DNA from: Octopus bimaculoides
Lineage: Eukaryota
Direction: 5' to 3'
Assembly: GCF_001194135.2 (NCBI RefSeq)
Contig: NC_068985.1
Location: 30,728,209-30,792,208 of the forward strand
Length of the DNA: 64,000 nt
Below are positions 37,962-51,229 of this stretch, piece after piece. The number at the start of each line of letters is the position of its first letter. The first letter of the stretch is position 1. Under the pieces are notes generated by a model that saw only the letters and a list, made by a program, of their open reading frames with translations, made no database searches and was not told the DNA's origin. A program made the position numbers and the translations under genes.

Positions 37962-38164
37962 TTAATTCTTTTGTTATCATATTTCTGTTGAAATACACTG
38001 TTTTTGCTTAAATTAATTTTGAAAATAATGAAGAATTTGGTAAAATACCTTTATCATTTTTAAGTTAGTGTTTGCAGCATAAATTAACATTTTAATTTAG
38101 TTCACTTTAAAGGCAGTAATGTTCTATGATAGCAGAGTCAGGCAGGTTGGTGTCAAAAGAGTTA
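37962..38164 (+). mobile_element. Second TTAA-flanked MITE family; inverted relative at about 33700-33860
   Basis: TTAA-TTCTTTTG ... CAAAAGAG-TTAA; GTAAAAT..TCATTTTTAA..AAATTAAC..TCACTTTAAA is shared with the reverse complement of 33720-33810. Confidence 0.5.
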
Positions 38165-38971
38165 AGTAACTGGAATTGGAAGAAAATATTACTTCATTTG
38201 GGTTGTTGTTGTTGTTCATATCTTCAGATCATCCTTAGGTGAGCAGGCATATCATCAAGCATAACCATCTTATCTCTTTTCAAGAGCATCTCAGACATTA
38301 TTTAGTGTTTCCTTCACTTTTTTTAAAACCGTAGACTGTGACTTAAAGAAACTTGGCTGATTCATTCAACAGAACAATTGACTAGATGAAGGTGATACTT
38401 GAGGAAGTGAGGATTATAAAGTCATGAGATGGAACACTTAGATATCAATTCATGTGAATGTTGCTTTGACATGCTTTGTATCCCATTTCTTTATTAACAT
38501 TGAAAATGCAGTCCTCGTTGATCATATAAAAATGTCAATAATTAATCTAATAAACTGACATTTAGAAATTACATTGATTTTATAATACATCAATACCTAT
38601 ACTATGTCACAGTTTTCAAATTCACTCATTCACACACCATCTTCTGGAGCCACTACATTAAAGTAAACTATATGCATATTAACTAGTACATCTTGCCTAT
38701 GACAAAAATGGCTAAGTTAATCGATAGAGTAACATAATACCGATAGATAAATCTAATATTTGTATCTTTTAACAGTTCTATGTTACACCCATGACTAGGT
38801 CAACTTATTTCTTGAAACAACCAGAGCGCAGCTCTTAGTAGATATCAAATAGTGCTTATACAACTCAAGAGTTATGGAACCTGCACACAGTTTTATGCAT
38901 TTTTTTGTATGTTTCATTTAATATAATGACATCATTTGTTCATGTATAATTTGTAATTATTTTTGTTTCAG

Positions 38972-39055
38972 AGTTGTTGGGGTACAATACAGGCTTTATT
39001 AAACGAACAGAGTGGACTGATGATGGGAATTGGTGTAACAGTGCTAGGATTTGAG
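38972..39055 (+). CDS. Tetraspanin coding exon 6 (last loop Cys and first half of TM4): SCWGTIQALLNEQSGLMMGIGVTVLGFE
   Basis: tttgtttcAG acceptor, 84 nt, GTAAGT donor at 39056 (phase 0). GIG...E is typical of TM4. Confidence 0.92.
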
Positions 39056-39549
39056 GTAAGTCATTGCAGGAAAGGGAACTATAACACTTGGATCACTACA
39101 ATCCTGTTCTGCTGTTCAGAACTTATCATATTCTATCAAATTGTCAAAACCACTTTCAATTTTTCTAGTATTTTCATTATCATTATACTCATAATACTAA
39201 TTCATCCCATTTGGACCTTGGAGCATTCATAGCTATCAAGATGATAGATAGCCTAAATCATCTTATCAAGTTGACAAGAAAGAATCTTTGTATGATTGGT
39301 CAACCTGCTAGAAATAGAAGTTAAATATCCCTGAAATCATATCATACTATTTTAAATAAGAAATAGAGGAATTCTAAAAAGTAGTCCTTGACAAAGGTTA
39401 TTTTAAGAGGAGATTCATTAAAATCACCTTTTCAAGATAATACTCTGGTCCATCTTCTATTAATGCATCAGTTCTACAAGAGATACATCAGTTCTCAGTT
39501 TTCATAGATCACCTGGTCAATTTCTGTGAAAATGAGTCATTGAAAACCC

Positions 39550-40400
39550 ATGTTGAGTAAGCTCAACAGTAGACACCAATACAAGAACAGTTAGCTTAAA
39601 CAAAGACCTTGCAAAGATGAACGTTTGGGCAGGTGATTGGAAAATAACATTTGAGCCATCAAAATGTAAAGCAATGGTCCTGTCAAGGAAAAAATAAACC
39701 CATCAAACCTTCCATAGCACTTTGGTAATTACAGGCTGTGTATGAAAAAACAGCTTGAGATTTTGGCCATAACCATAGACAGAGTCTCGTGTGGGCAGAA
39801 CATATCCCCACTGTATGTAATAAGAGAGGCTTGAAATCCCCACTGTATGTAATAAACAGAGGCTTGAAATATTACAAAAAAATTGCAAATGAGCTGAACG
39901 TAGAAAGAGGAGCCATCTTTTAATGAATCCAGATCCAAAACATTCTGGTGTAAATCAGATTATGCTGGACAAATAAATACCTCACAGACTAAGTATACTT
40001 ATACGATTTACTACTGTCAAAAGGAGAGCTCTTAAGATCATAGACATTATTGGAGCAGATGCTGCCAGAAAAATTCACAGTCAATACAGGAGACAAGTTG
40101 CAGCAATAATAGCTCTATACAAAATGTGTACACAGCACAGCTTATCAGAAAAACTCAGCAATGTTCTGTAGCAGTACAAAATAAATTGTCTTTACAAAAA
40201 CCAATACATTGCACAGCCTCTCAACACCTGATACAAAGAGTTACACTCTGGACAGAGCCTTTTCTATTCAGCTATCAGAGTTTGGAACAAACTTCCAAGG
40301 ATAGTCAGAGGTTATCTCAAGCTTTCAAAGGCTGAGAGAATAAATAGTGTTTGTCATTCTCACATTGGCAATCCAGTGAAGAAGTCAATATCCTTTGGAA
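39550..40400 (+). mobile_element. Old CR1/L2-like LINE RT C-terminal fragment
   Basis: LNKDLAKMNVWAGDWKITFEPSKCKAMVLSRK; contains a 32/33-bp tandem duplication at 39804-39868. Confidence 0.7.
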
Positions 40401-40517
40401 ATTTATAACCAATGACAATTGTTTGCTAAGGCATTACATAAATTTAAAAAATATGCTTACAAATGAATATGTATGTATTGATATATGTATGTGTCTCTGT
40501 GTGTATTTGTGTGTGTG

Positions 40518-40559
<42 letters not shown>

Positions 40560-40569
40560 CATATTATAT

Positions 40570-40707
40570 TATATTTATCATAAGATATTTACTTTACTTT
40601 ATATTATACTCATTTATTGTGCTTTTAATTATTAATTTTTCTATATGTGATAGTGGATTTTCATCGATGAGTTCTTGAAACTTGGTTATTTTCCCTAAAA
40701 CTATATA
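40570..40707 (+). repeat. Dispersed repeat of about 140 bp, near-identical to 63316-63454
   Basis: Shared GATATTTACTTTACTTTATATTATACTCATTTATTGTGCTTTT...GATAGTGGATTTTCATCGATGAGTTCTTGAAACTTGGTTATTTTCCCTAAAAC. Confidence 0.9.
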
Positions 40708-41637
40708 TTTTATATATATTTTATCTATAAAGCTCAATTTAATTTTAATTTTTTATAAATTGATTTTAATTGAGTTTTTACCTGTAATTTTNNNNNNNNN
40801 NNNNNNNNNNNNNNNNNNNNNNNNNNNNNNNNNNNNNNNNNNNNNNNNNNNNNNNNNNNNNNNNNNNNNNNNNNNNNNNNNNNNNNNNNNNNNNNNNNNN
40901 NNNNNNNNNNNNNNNNNNNNNNNNNNNNNNNNNNNNNNNNNNNNNNNNNNNNNNNNNNNNNNNNNNNNNNNNNNNNNNNNNNNNNNNNNNNNNNNNNNNN
41001 NNNNNNNNNNNNNNNNNNNNNNNNNNNNNNNNNNNNNNNNNNNNNNNNNNNNNNNNNNNNNNNNNNNNNNNNNNNNNNNNNNNNNNNNNNNNNNNNNNNN
41101 NNNNNNNNNNNNNNNNNNNNNNNNNNNNNNNNNNNNNNNNNNNNNNNNNNNNNNNNNNNNNNNNNNNNNNNNNNNNNNNNNNNNNNNNNNNNNNNNNNNN
41201 NNNNNNNNNNNNNNNNNNNNNNNNNNNNNNNNNNNNNNNNNNNNNNNNNNNNNNNNNNNNNNNNNNNNNNNNNNNNNNNNNNNNNNNNNNNNNNNNNNNN
41301 NNNNNNNNNNNNNNNNNNNNNNNNNNNNNNNNNNNNNNNNNNNNNNNNNNNNNNNNNNNNNNNNNNNNNNNNNNNNNNNNNNNNNNNNNNNNNNNNNNNN
41401 NNNNNNNNNNNNNNNNNNNNNNNNNNNNNNNNNNNNNNNNNNNNNNNNNNNNNNNNNNNNNNNNNNNNNNNNNNNNNNNNNNNNNNNNNNNNNNNNNNNN
41501 NNNNNNNNNNNNNNNNNNNNNNNNNNNNNNNNNNNNNNNNNNNNNNNNNNNNNNNNNNNNNNNNNNNNNNNNNNNNNNNNNNNNNNNNNNNNNNNNNNNN
41601 NNNNNNNNNNNNNNNNNNNNNNNNNNNNNNNNNNNNN

Positions 41638-41769
41638 ACAAGCTCCATTTATTCATGTAGTGAGAACACCACAGAATGTACAATGAAAATGTACTCCTCA
41701 GCTGCATAAGGAGTACATTTTAATTGTACATTCTGTGGTGTTCTCACTACATGAATAAATGGAGCTTGT
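41638..41769. repeat. 132-bp palindrome (61-bp arms, 1 mismatch, 10-nt loop) abutting a gap
   Basis: Arms at 41638-41698 and 41709-41769. Confidence 0.9.
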
Positions 41770-41921
41770 ACGAAACGTACGTACTGCTATAACCTATTGA
41801 ATTTTTGTTGCTTACCTTCAAATTTTATTCACCAAATCTCTTGATTTTGTTTTTGGTTTTTATCCTACCAAATTCTGGTGCCTCAAACATTTTAAGTACC
41901 ACATTTAATCTTTTGATTAAA

Positions 41922-41956
<35 letters not shown>

Positions 41957-42029
41957 CATATGTATGTATGCATATGTATGTACGTATGTATGCATTCATA
42001 CGTGTATGTATGTTTACATACACGTCTGA

Positions 42030-42720
42030 CATGTTCTTCTCTAAACTATCCTGTGTCAATGACAGACCCACTGCTGTTATTTAACATGCTATCATTAGGA
42101 AAGACTCAACATACAGATGGTGCACACTGGTCCATCCCAGACGAAATTTCTATCTAGGAATATACCACAGATAGTATTGTGGCATACAGACTGTCCAGTT
42201 GCCCCAACAGTTACTTCAAAATATTTTTGACGGTCTATATAGTATACAAGGTAGTCTACAGAAAATGTGAGACATCCAACATTGAGTGCACCACCAAAAA
42301 ATTGCACATCCAAATCAAAGAACATATGCCCACAGGCATTTCAAACCCTAGGTCTAGCAAGTGTTAGACCCAGGGTTTCAAGGTATCCATCAAGACCACT
42401 CAATGCAACAGAGGCAATCTCAGAATCATAGAGTTTCTCCTTATCAACAAACTGGGACCAGCCATAAACAACAGAAAAGAACTGCTTGAAGCAAACTGGT
42501 TACAGTAGCAACACTAGTATGCATATGCCACCCTCCTCCCCATCATATCTGAACAACTAATTTTTCCACCCCTCGTTTTCCCACATGCCCTGAAGAAGGA
42601 GATCATAGCCTCAAAATGTAGTAATATAATGTAAAACTACAACTTTGTTTTTTGTTTTGTTTTCTTTTTTACTGCTTACTTTATACCTTCTCACATTGTT
42701 CTGGCCTTATCCAACAAGAC
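42030..42720 (+). mobile_element. Penelope-like 3' fragment: GIY-YIG endonuclease remnant and tail
   Basis: IVYKVVYRKCETSNIECTTKKLHIQIKEH resembles VY..C..C...YIG.T...L..R.KEH; tail with CTGAAGA motif at about 42600. Confidence 0.75.
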
Positions 42721-45624
42721 TCTTTAATGAAATATATATATACATATATGTACANNNNNNNNNNNNNNNNNNNNNNNNNNNNNNNNNNNNNNNNNNNNNN
42801 NNNNNNNNNNNNNNNNNNNNNNNNNNNNNNNNNNNNNNNNNNNNNNNNNNNNNNNNNNNNNNNNNNNNNNNNNNNNNNNNNNNNNNNNNNNNNNNNNNNN
42901 NNNNNNNNNNNNNNNNNNNNNNNNNNNNNNNNNNNNNNNNNNNNNNNNNNNNNNNNNNNNNNNNNNNNNNNNNNNNNNNNNNNNNNNNNNNNNNNNNNNN
43001 NNNNNNNNNNNNNNNNNNNNNNNNNNNNNNNNNNNNNNNNNNNNNNNNNNNNNNNNNNNNNNNNNNNNNNNNNNNNNNNNNNNNNNNNNNNNNNNNNNNN
43101 NNNNNNNNNNNNNNNNNNNNNNNNNNNNNNNNNNNNNNNNNNNNNNNNNNNNNNNNNNNNNNATATATATATATATATATAACAGTTTGTTTTTATATAT
43201 AGTTACACATAAAAAAAAGTGGTTTGGGATATTGATGGATCAATTTGTTCAGTAACTAAATATAGCACTGGATTATATTTTGTGCATGACACATGGGACC
43301 TAAGTTTTGGATTTATAGGTGTTTCTTTTCGTTATTAGCTGAAACTATTTAAGCATATATGTAAACTGAGGTGAGAAAGACTTTATATCTGAATGTAAAC
43401 ACAGATGAAAGTGAAGTTTTAAAATGTCATATTAAACAGAATATAAATTCAATCATATATTATACCAGGAATTATTCAATTGAGTAAACTCCTTTCCTGA
43501 AAATGTATTTCCTTTGTAATAATGTTAGAAATTATTATAACACCTCACTCATAACTCTTAAATCCCCCAGTTCTATCAGCACAATGGGCTATGAGCCTTC
43601 TCCAAACATCCCAATTTCTCACTTTTCTCAATTCTACTTAGGCAGGCTCCCATCTTTATCATGTCATCCTGGAACGTACTGCGCCATGTCTTCCTTGGTC
43701 TTCCAGTCTCTTATTTTCCTCCTACTGGAATGTAGTCATTTATACATTTATCAGTAAACATACATTCACTTTATCCATCAACAGTCATACACTCTCAATC
43801 AAAGATGTTCATTTTCAAAACACTTACACACACATCACATGTATTTATATGAATGTCTTTCTCTTTTGCTTGTAGTTGGAAAATACATTCAATGCATTCA
43901 AAAAGTTTATATTAAAGTAACAGGCACAGTCATATTCAAACATACTCGCACATTGATTTTGTTTAACACTCACACATAAGTTTTGATAAATATGTCCTTC
44001 AAACAGACTCATTCAATCTAACTATCCTTATATTTTCATTAAAAATATTCAATAAATTTCTTTTTAACCAAAGTGTGCATGAGTATGCAGCTGATAAAAA
44101 TTAAACCAACAACATTAGCCACACCCTTCATAAATAAAAGATTATCTCTGGGGCGTAAATGATGCATAGTAAGTAATACAAAATGTCTTACCATTTAATC
44201 TGCAATAACAGGCTTAAATCCTGACCAGCTTAACACAATCCAGCTGTTTAAAATGTATTCCCACTTGTAAAAGTCACCTTCAACCATCATTTAAAGTTTA
44301 AAAATACCATATATCATTAGTTTAGTGACTGAATGAGTTGATATCTGATTTTATTCAAATGACTAAAACAGAATGAGTATAAATTCCAACTAGAACAAGT
44401 GCAACTTTTCACAATTGTAATAAAAAGTACATAGTATTTTATTGGTTTCAGCCACTGAGAATATGTATAACCATTCTGATAATAAATTCTTTTATTAATG
44501 TAAAGTAGCAAATATGAGATAACTACAAAATAATAGAAAAATTAAAATGTTTCACAAATCACATGGATCCATACGTATGGCTTGTTATAAAGTCCAGTTT
44601 TTTTAATATAATATTAACTAGATAAGAAACAATTTTTACTTGTGGATAAAATTTTCATCACAGGTAAATTTTCTCAGAAGGAAAAGGGCTACTGTGTGTT
44701 CCAAACATGCCAAAGTAATCACTGCTGCATAACTTTCATGAAACTGCCAATGAAACTGCTGGAGGGAGTCATAGTATCAGTAGGTACTGATATTATTGTG
44801 ATCTCTTTACGATAGCTACTGTTGTGCAAGTTACTTGGACTACATGCATATATAAATATACATGTATACATACTTACATGCATATATACATACAAGCATA
44901 CATATATATATATATATTATTTATATTTTATATATATATACATATATATTTATTGTGTGTGTGAAACATCTCAGGAAATCTGCATCAAACACATGGGAAA
45001 ATAATTACTTAATATTAGAACACATTTTGTTTCTGCAAACAAAACTCACAACTTGTTTCATCAGCTTTGACAAACAAGACAGTAGTAATTCCATAATACT
45101 ATTTCATGAGTACCATGAAGCTTTTGATTGGCTACTGTTCTAAATGAATCAAGATATGAATCAGCGGAAAGGAACAAAAAAATCTCTTCATATTTATATA
45201 TATATTTATATATTTGTGTGTGAGTTTGTTTATTTGCATGTGTGTGCACATGTAGATATATATATGTGTGTACTTGGGTGTTATGAATGTAGTATGTATG
45301 AATGTATGAATGTATGTATGTATGTATGTATGGATGGATGGATGGATGGATGGATGGATGGATGGATGTTTGAGTGTGTGTGTATGTATGTATGAGTATA
45401 AGCAAAGGCAGAGCTGCTGTTTGTATGATTTTTGACAAAATTATTAGCTAGATTCATGACAAAAAATATAGAACCAAATCAGAGATAGAAACCATCTGAG
45501 GACTCACGATGAGAATGCCATCAAACCTGTTATACTTATGTCTGCAATGAGAGAGTGGTTATTTGTGATATCAAGTTGATGATCACCATATGTACAAATG
45601 TGCATATGTATATATGCATGCATG

Positions 45625-45660
<36 letters not shown>

Positions 45661-46315
45661 NNNNNNNNNNNNNNNNNNNNNNNNNNNNNNNNNNNNNNNN
45701 NNNNNNNNNNNNNNNNNNNNNNNNNNNNNNNNNNNNNNNNNNNNNNNNNNNNNNNNNNNNNNNNNNNNNNNNNNNNNNNNNNNNNNNNNNNNNNNNNNNN
45801 NNNNNNNNNNNNNNNNNNNNNNNNNNNNNNNNNNNNNNNNNNNNNNNNNNNNNNNNNNNNNNNNNNNNNNNNNNNNNNNNNNNNNNNNNNNNNNNNNNNN
45901 NNNNNNNNNNNNNNNNNNNNNNNNNNNNNNNNNNNNNNNNNNNNNNNNNNNNNNNNNNNNNNNNNNNNNNNNNNNNNNNNNNNNNNNNNNNNNNNNNNNN
46001 NNNNNNNNNNNNNNNNNNNNNNNNNNNNNNNNNNNNNNNNNNNNNNNNNNNNNNNNNNNNNNNNNNNNNNNNNNNNNNNNNNNNNNNNNNNNNNNNNNNN
46101 NNNNNNNNNNNNNNNNNNNNNNNNNNNNNNNNNNNNNNNNNNNNNNNNNNNNNNNNNNNNNNNNNNNNNNNNNNNNNNNNNNNNNNNNNNNNNNNNNNNN
46201 NNNNNNNNNNNNNNNNNNNNNNNNNNNNNNNNNNNNNNNNNNNNNNNNNNNNNNNNNNNNNNNNNNNNNNNNNNNNNNNNNNNNNNNNNNNNNNNNNNNN
46301 NNNNNNNNNNNNNNT

Positions 46316-46650
46316 GCTTCACTACCTTATCCCAGGTCTTCCTGGGTCTACCTCTTGCACAGGTTCCCTCAACTGCTAGGGTGTGGCACTTTTTCACGCA
46401 GCTATCCTCATCCATTCTTGCCACATGTCCATACCAGCACAATCATCTCTCTTGCACACCACAACTGATGCTTCTTAGGTCTAACTTTTCTCTCAAGATA
46501 CTTACACTCTGTCGAGTATGCACACTGACATTACACATCCATTGGAGCATACTGGCTTCGTTTCTTGCAAGCTTACGCATGTCCTCAGCAGTCACGGCCC
46601 ATGTTTCACTGCCATGAAGCATGGCTGTTCGTACACATGCGTCATACGAC
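46316..46650 (-). mobile_element. RTE-clade LINE fragment, same family as 27128-28172, opposite orientation
   Basis: YDACVRTAMLHGSETW...ERRLCWYGHVARMDEDSCVKKCH...GRPRKTW. Confidence 0.92.
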
Positions 46651-47032
46651 ATAGCACAAGCAATGTATTAGTATGACACTCGGAGAAAGAAAGGAATAGT
46701 TGTTTTATATTTTAAGCATAGCTCTTCTTCAGAAACAAGAAAAACAGAAAAGTCCAAAGGAAAGAAGGAAGAAGAAGGAAAAAAATTGCCAATAATCCAT
46801 GTGCAATTATATTTCAGGTTATATATAGTTTGAGAGGGATAACTTCCCTTGGCAAACAGGACACAGTCGTGTGTCGATAAGCCAGCTGGAGGAGATGTCC
46901 TCCTGGGGCTAAAAGCAACAGTAACATCCACCCCTAGGGGTCAGCCACACTTAAGTGGCAATATACTACACTTTATCGTGCAGTTACTGTTAATACTTCA
47001 TTTAGAGAATTAACATTGCTATATATATATAG

Positions 47033-47094
<62 letters not shown>

Positions 47095-50000
47095 ATTTAT
47101 ATATATATATATTTATATACATATATATCGATTGTCAGTAAATCATAAATTGGATCCAATCTAAAGTACAGGATGTAAGATGGAGTCAGATGTCAAAAAT
47201 AATATATACTATAATTCATTACAGACGGCCACATGTTTCACTCTAAGTGTGATTATCAGATGACTGAGATAATTGCTTTATCTAGTGGAATTTATAGCTA
47301 AAAATAGAAGGACTTATTTGAAACCTGGATATTCTAAAAATGGATTGAGAAGATAAAGAAATTTTATGTTATATTGAAAGGGGAGAGAAATAATGAGAGG
47401 CAGGGGAAAAGAAATAATGTCTTGAAAGAGAGGATGCATGAAGTGCAACTAGAGCCAAAGTTCTTATTGATCTAAAATTTGTTGCAGGAGCAAAATATTT
47501 CATTGTATAGACAAATGTGGAAGAAAGCAAAAGAAAGAAGATAGATGAAGTGGTAGCCATCTCGGATTACACTGTGTAACATGATTTTTGTCCTTGAGTA
47601 GCAACTGTTATTTCCTACTTGCTTACTCCTAGAAAGTATGAAAAATGGCTAATATTTCCTTCAAACTTTACTTTTGTTACACTTATTCAAGTCCCATAGA
47701 TTCCCTCTCAATGCATGGCTATGATGCTTGCCCACTACTCCTGCTCATGATCAGAGATGCACATATTGTCAGTCACTAAGAGAAATGTTCAAGTGGTTAA
47801 GGTCAAGCAACTGACAAGAAAATCTGTGGTATTAAGCAGAATATTTGCTATACTGATGCTTCTACTTCAGCAACTCAGTGCTGAATCTGTCTGAAATGTA
47901 ATGGAAAATAGGTCAGGTTCAAAACATAGATGTCCAGGTCACAAAAGCAAAGTTCGAAGGGAATAGTAGTCATTTCTTTTGATCCCTAGACAGAAGCAAA
48001 TAGGAAATAACACTTACTGACCAAAGACAAAGAAAAAAAGAATGAAATTAAAATTTTGTTACACAGTGTTATAGATGCTATTAACTTCATGAGTTTATTC
48101 TTTTTATTGATTTTTTAAATATTTTCCCTGTACCTTTCTTTCAAGTAAGTTTCATTTTGAGATCCTTTCACCTCTTTTATGAATTTATTTGTGAATGAAA
48201 TAAATCATGTAAGTATAGATTATAGTATGGAAATATTTTATGTAATAATAATTCTATACAATGAAAGTTTGATAACTCAGTAACATAGAATCAGCCCATA
48301 TCTTTCCTCTATCTTTTAGCCCTTTGCTTTATATTAAACTACTCAACACTCACCCTGTCTCAGTATTTTTCATCGCTTCTTATTTTTACCATCTCTCTCA
48401 TTCTCTCTCTCTCTCTCTCTTTCACTTCCTCTCTCTCTCTCCTTCTCCCCCCTCTCTCAAGGTGTACATCTCTCCTTTCTTTTTCTCCCTTTCTCTAGCT
48501 ATCTCTAATGCTCTGTTTCTCATTTTCGATCTTTTGCTCTTCTTACAAGTAGTCTTTCTGTCTCAGTTTCCAACACTTTGAGCCACTTGTTGCTATGACA
48601 ACAATGTCTTTGCCAAGATGAAAGTTTCACTCTCCTCAAAGATGTGGATCATATATCATATATTTGAAAAATTTAAATTATGTCTTACTGTTCTTTAAAA
48701 TTCTTTTGTTTGTCTTTTTTTTTTTTATATTCTTTACCTAGAATTCTTTTCATGTCATACCTCAGATTTTCCATATGTTGAAAATTAGCTCTATATATGA
48801 GTGTGTGACATTCTTACAGCATATTGCTTAATAGTAGCTAAAGTTTTATCAACCTGTTTATCAATCTAACTTTCTCAGACATTGTGTGAGTTTTATTGAA
48901 GAGTATATTCAATGCCATGTTCCCTTTTTTGCTCTGTTTATTTCTTTCTATTACTACATAAAACTCCTTCCCCCTTCTCCCTCTTTCTTAAAATCCCTAT
49001 CTTCCCTTTTTCTCCTTTTGTCTTTGTTTTTCATTAAACCATTTAACATTCTCCCTATCACTGTTTTTTTTTTCACCATCTCTCTCTGTCTCTTTCAGGA
49101 TTTATGTTCCCTCACCCTCTTTCTAATTAACTTCTATGCTCTATTTTTCTCACTCTTTTAATCTTCATCCCCAGTTTACATACATTCTTTTTTCTATTCC
49201 TAACACTGTTGTATCTATAGTTGCTAAGACAGCAGTAATGCAGTATAGAGTGTATCATAATCCTACAGTATAATAGAAACTGACCAATAAAACAGTGACA
49301 AGCAACTTGGCCTTTTATATAGAGAGAATATTCTCAGTCTGATTCTTTCCATTTTTATCAAGCTTTCTACTAAATATTGTTACAAAGAAATAGTTTTCTT
49401 ATTAAAAGGAATACATTCAATCCTATAACTCCTTTGGGAGCTTGTATATGTAAGTTAGTTTTAATATTTATTTTGATGTCCATTTTAGTAATTTGAGAAC
49501 TGGTCTGTAAAACTATTTTACGAACAAATTAAACCTAATTGTGTTCCTGATGTTTCAACTGCTTCCCTATAATTTTGGTTCATATACATCATGGTTCATA
49601 TATATTAGGGTGTATATGAACCCTGGATTGAAACATATTTCGGTAACATGGAGTATCATCAACAAAGCTTCTCTATACTTCAATAGTTCCTGAATCTGAA
49701 GGCTTTGCATTAATGAACAGTTCTAAATATTAAAATAGCCTGCAATATCAAATAGCCAGAGATCTGAGTTATCAAGTTGTCTCAATGGGGAAAAAATTCT
49801 TTTTAGACAGCTTCCAGAACCACAAAATTTAAGGCATACTGATTCAAATGCAAGGCAAATAAATTCAGCAAGCACTGTGAGATGGCTGTCTGTTGACATC
49901 GATCATACATCTAGATAGGGTGTTTTCCCTCACATCATAGCAGCCTAGTTAACATTAATAATATTTTGGGCCTCCACATAATCAACCGCATGACCCAACT

Positions 50001-50157
50001 CAGCCAAACAGAATCAGCCTAGCTGGTGTGTTGGTGTTTTGCAGACATATAGGTTGCACCCTCCCTTCACTAATAATGCCTGGCCGATCATGTATATGTG
50101 TCAAACCCCATGTAGTAATGTATTATCAGTTCCTAATTACAGTAAGTTCTCACATTA

Positions 50158-50204
50158 ACACACACACACACACACACACACAAAAACACACATCACTTAC
50201 ACAT

Positions 50205-50297
<93 letters not shown>
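50158..50297. repeat. (CA)n microsatellite
   Basis: Direct reading; about 200 bp upstream of candidate exon 7A. Confidence 0.95.
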
Positions 50298-50301
<4 letters not shown>

Positions 50302-50492
50302 GGGGCATATATACATAAATTTTCTATGAATAAGGGTCCTATCAGAAAAGTCAAAAGCTCCTCTCCCTTCATGGCACACACAAAAAAAAATTATTCAGAT
50401 ACCTATACATAAATCAAGCAACTAAACAAATTCATTAAAAATTAATGGAAGCTTCTTCCTTTTCTTACATATTTTAATTTTTTTTCTTTAAG

Positions 50493-50601
50493 ATTCTTGT
50501 CTTTGTTATATCACTTATAGAAGCCAATGCAGGTACATTCACCAAAGAAAAAAAGGCTTTAAAATGCCGGAGAGGATCCTGGAACTCTTTGAAAAAATAT
50601 G
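50493..50601 (+). CDS. Candidate tetraspanin exon 7A (completes TM4; cytoplasmic tail): ILVFVISLIEANAGTFTKEKKALKCRRGSWNSLKKY+G
   Basis: Long T-rich tract then tttaAG at 50491-92; open frame gives GFE|ILVFVISLI; strong donor G|GTATGT at 50602 (phase 1). Confidence 0.65.
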
Positions 50602-51229
50602 GTATGTGGCTCAAAATGTTGCCAATGTACTATCATTTATATTTAAAAAATGAAAAGAAAAACATTTAATTTTTGAACAATAACCTCCAAACTCTGACTA
50701 ATCATGAAGAGGTAAAACTTAATATCAAAGAATTCCAATAATAAAACTATGATTGGCCAACTCCAACTGAAAGAAATATTAACTGGAGTCATTTTGTCAT
50801 GGATAACATTAAGTGCGTTAACTTGACTCAATAGATTTTTTTTTCTTCTGAATAATTCTACCTAATTGAAGAATTACACATAGAAATTTAGCCTGAGAAG
50901 TAAGAACAGAGCCAATAACCTTTCCAGTTCTTCCTAAAATAGAGAATAGGATAATGAGCCATTATGGTTAATGTTTGGGGGGGGGGACAAGGGTGTGTTG
51001 AGTTTCCCAAGGATGCAGTCCAAAATAGAATGACTTGGAAATACATACTGTGAGAGAAGTGGGAAAAGAGAAAGAGAGAGGTAGTATGAGCTGCAGACAA
51101 ATAAGATGATGACCTGTGATATACACTCACAAGTTCAAAGGAGAAGATACATTTATAGTAGAGGGCACAACTCAATAACTCACAAGTGGTTGAAATATAC
51201 TGGTAGACATAGTAATGCATGAGTGACAT

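Noticed and set aside
40655-40695. CGATGA-GTTCTT-GAAA motif in the 140-bp repeat
   Set aside because: Incomplete CUGAUGA, no real stem II and no stem I pairing.
44185-44310. Possible minus-strand exon with a GGTAAG donor (MMVEGDFYKWEY...)
   Set aside because: No convincing acceptor, a stop precedes the donor and there are no partner exons.
44668-44805. 45-codon open frame after a ttctcAG (KEKGYCVF...)
   Set aside because: It does not complete TM4, has no family similarity, and this length is expected by chance.
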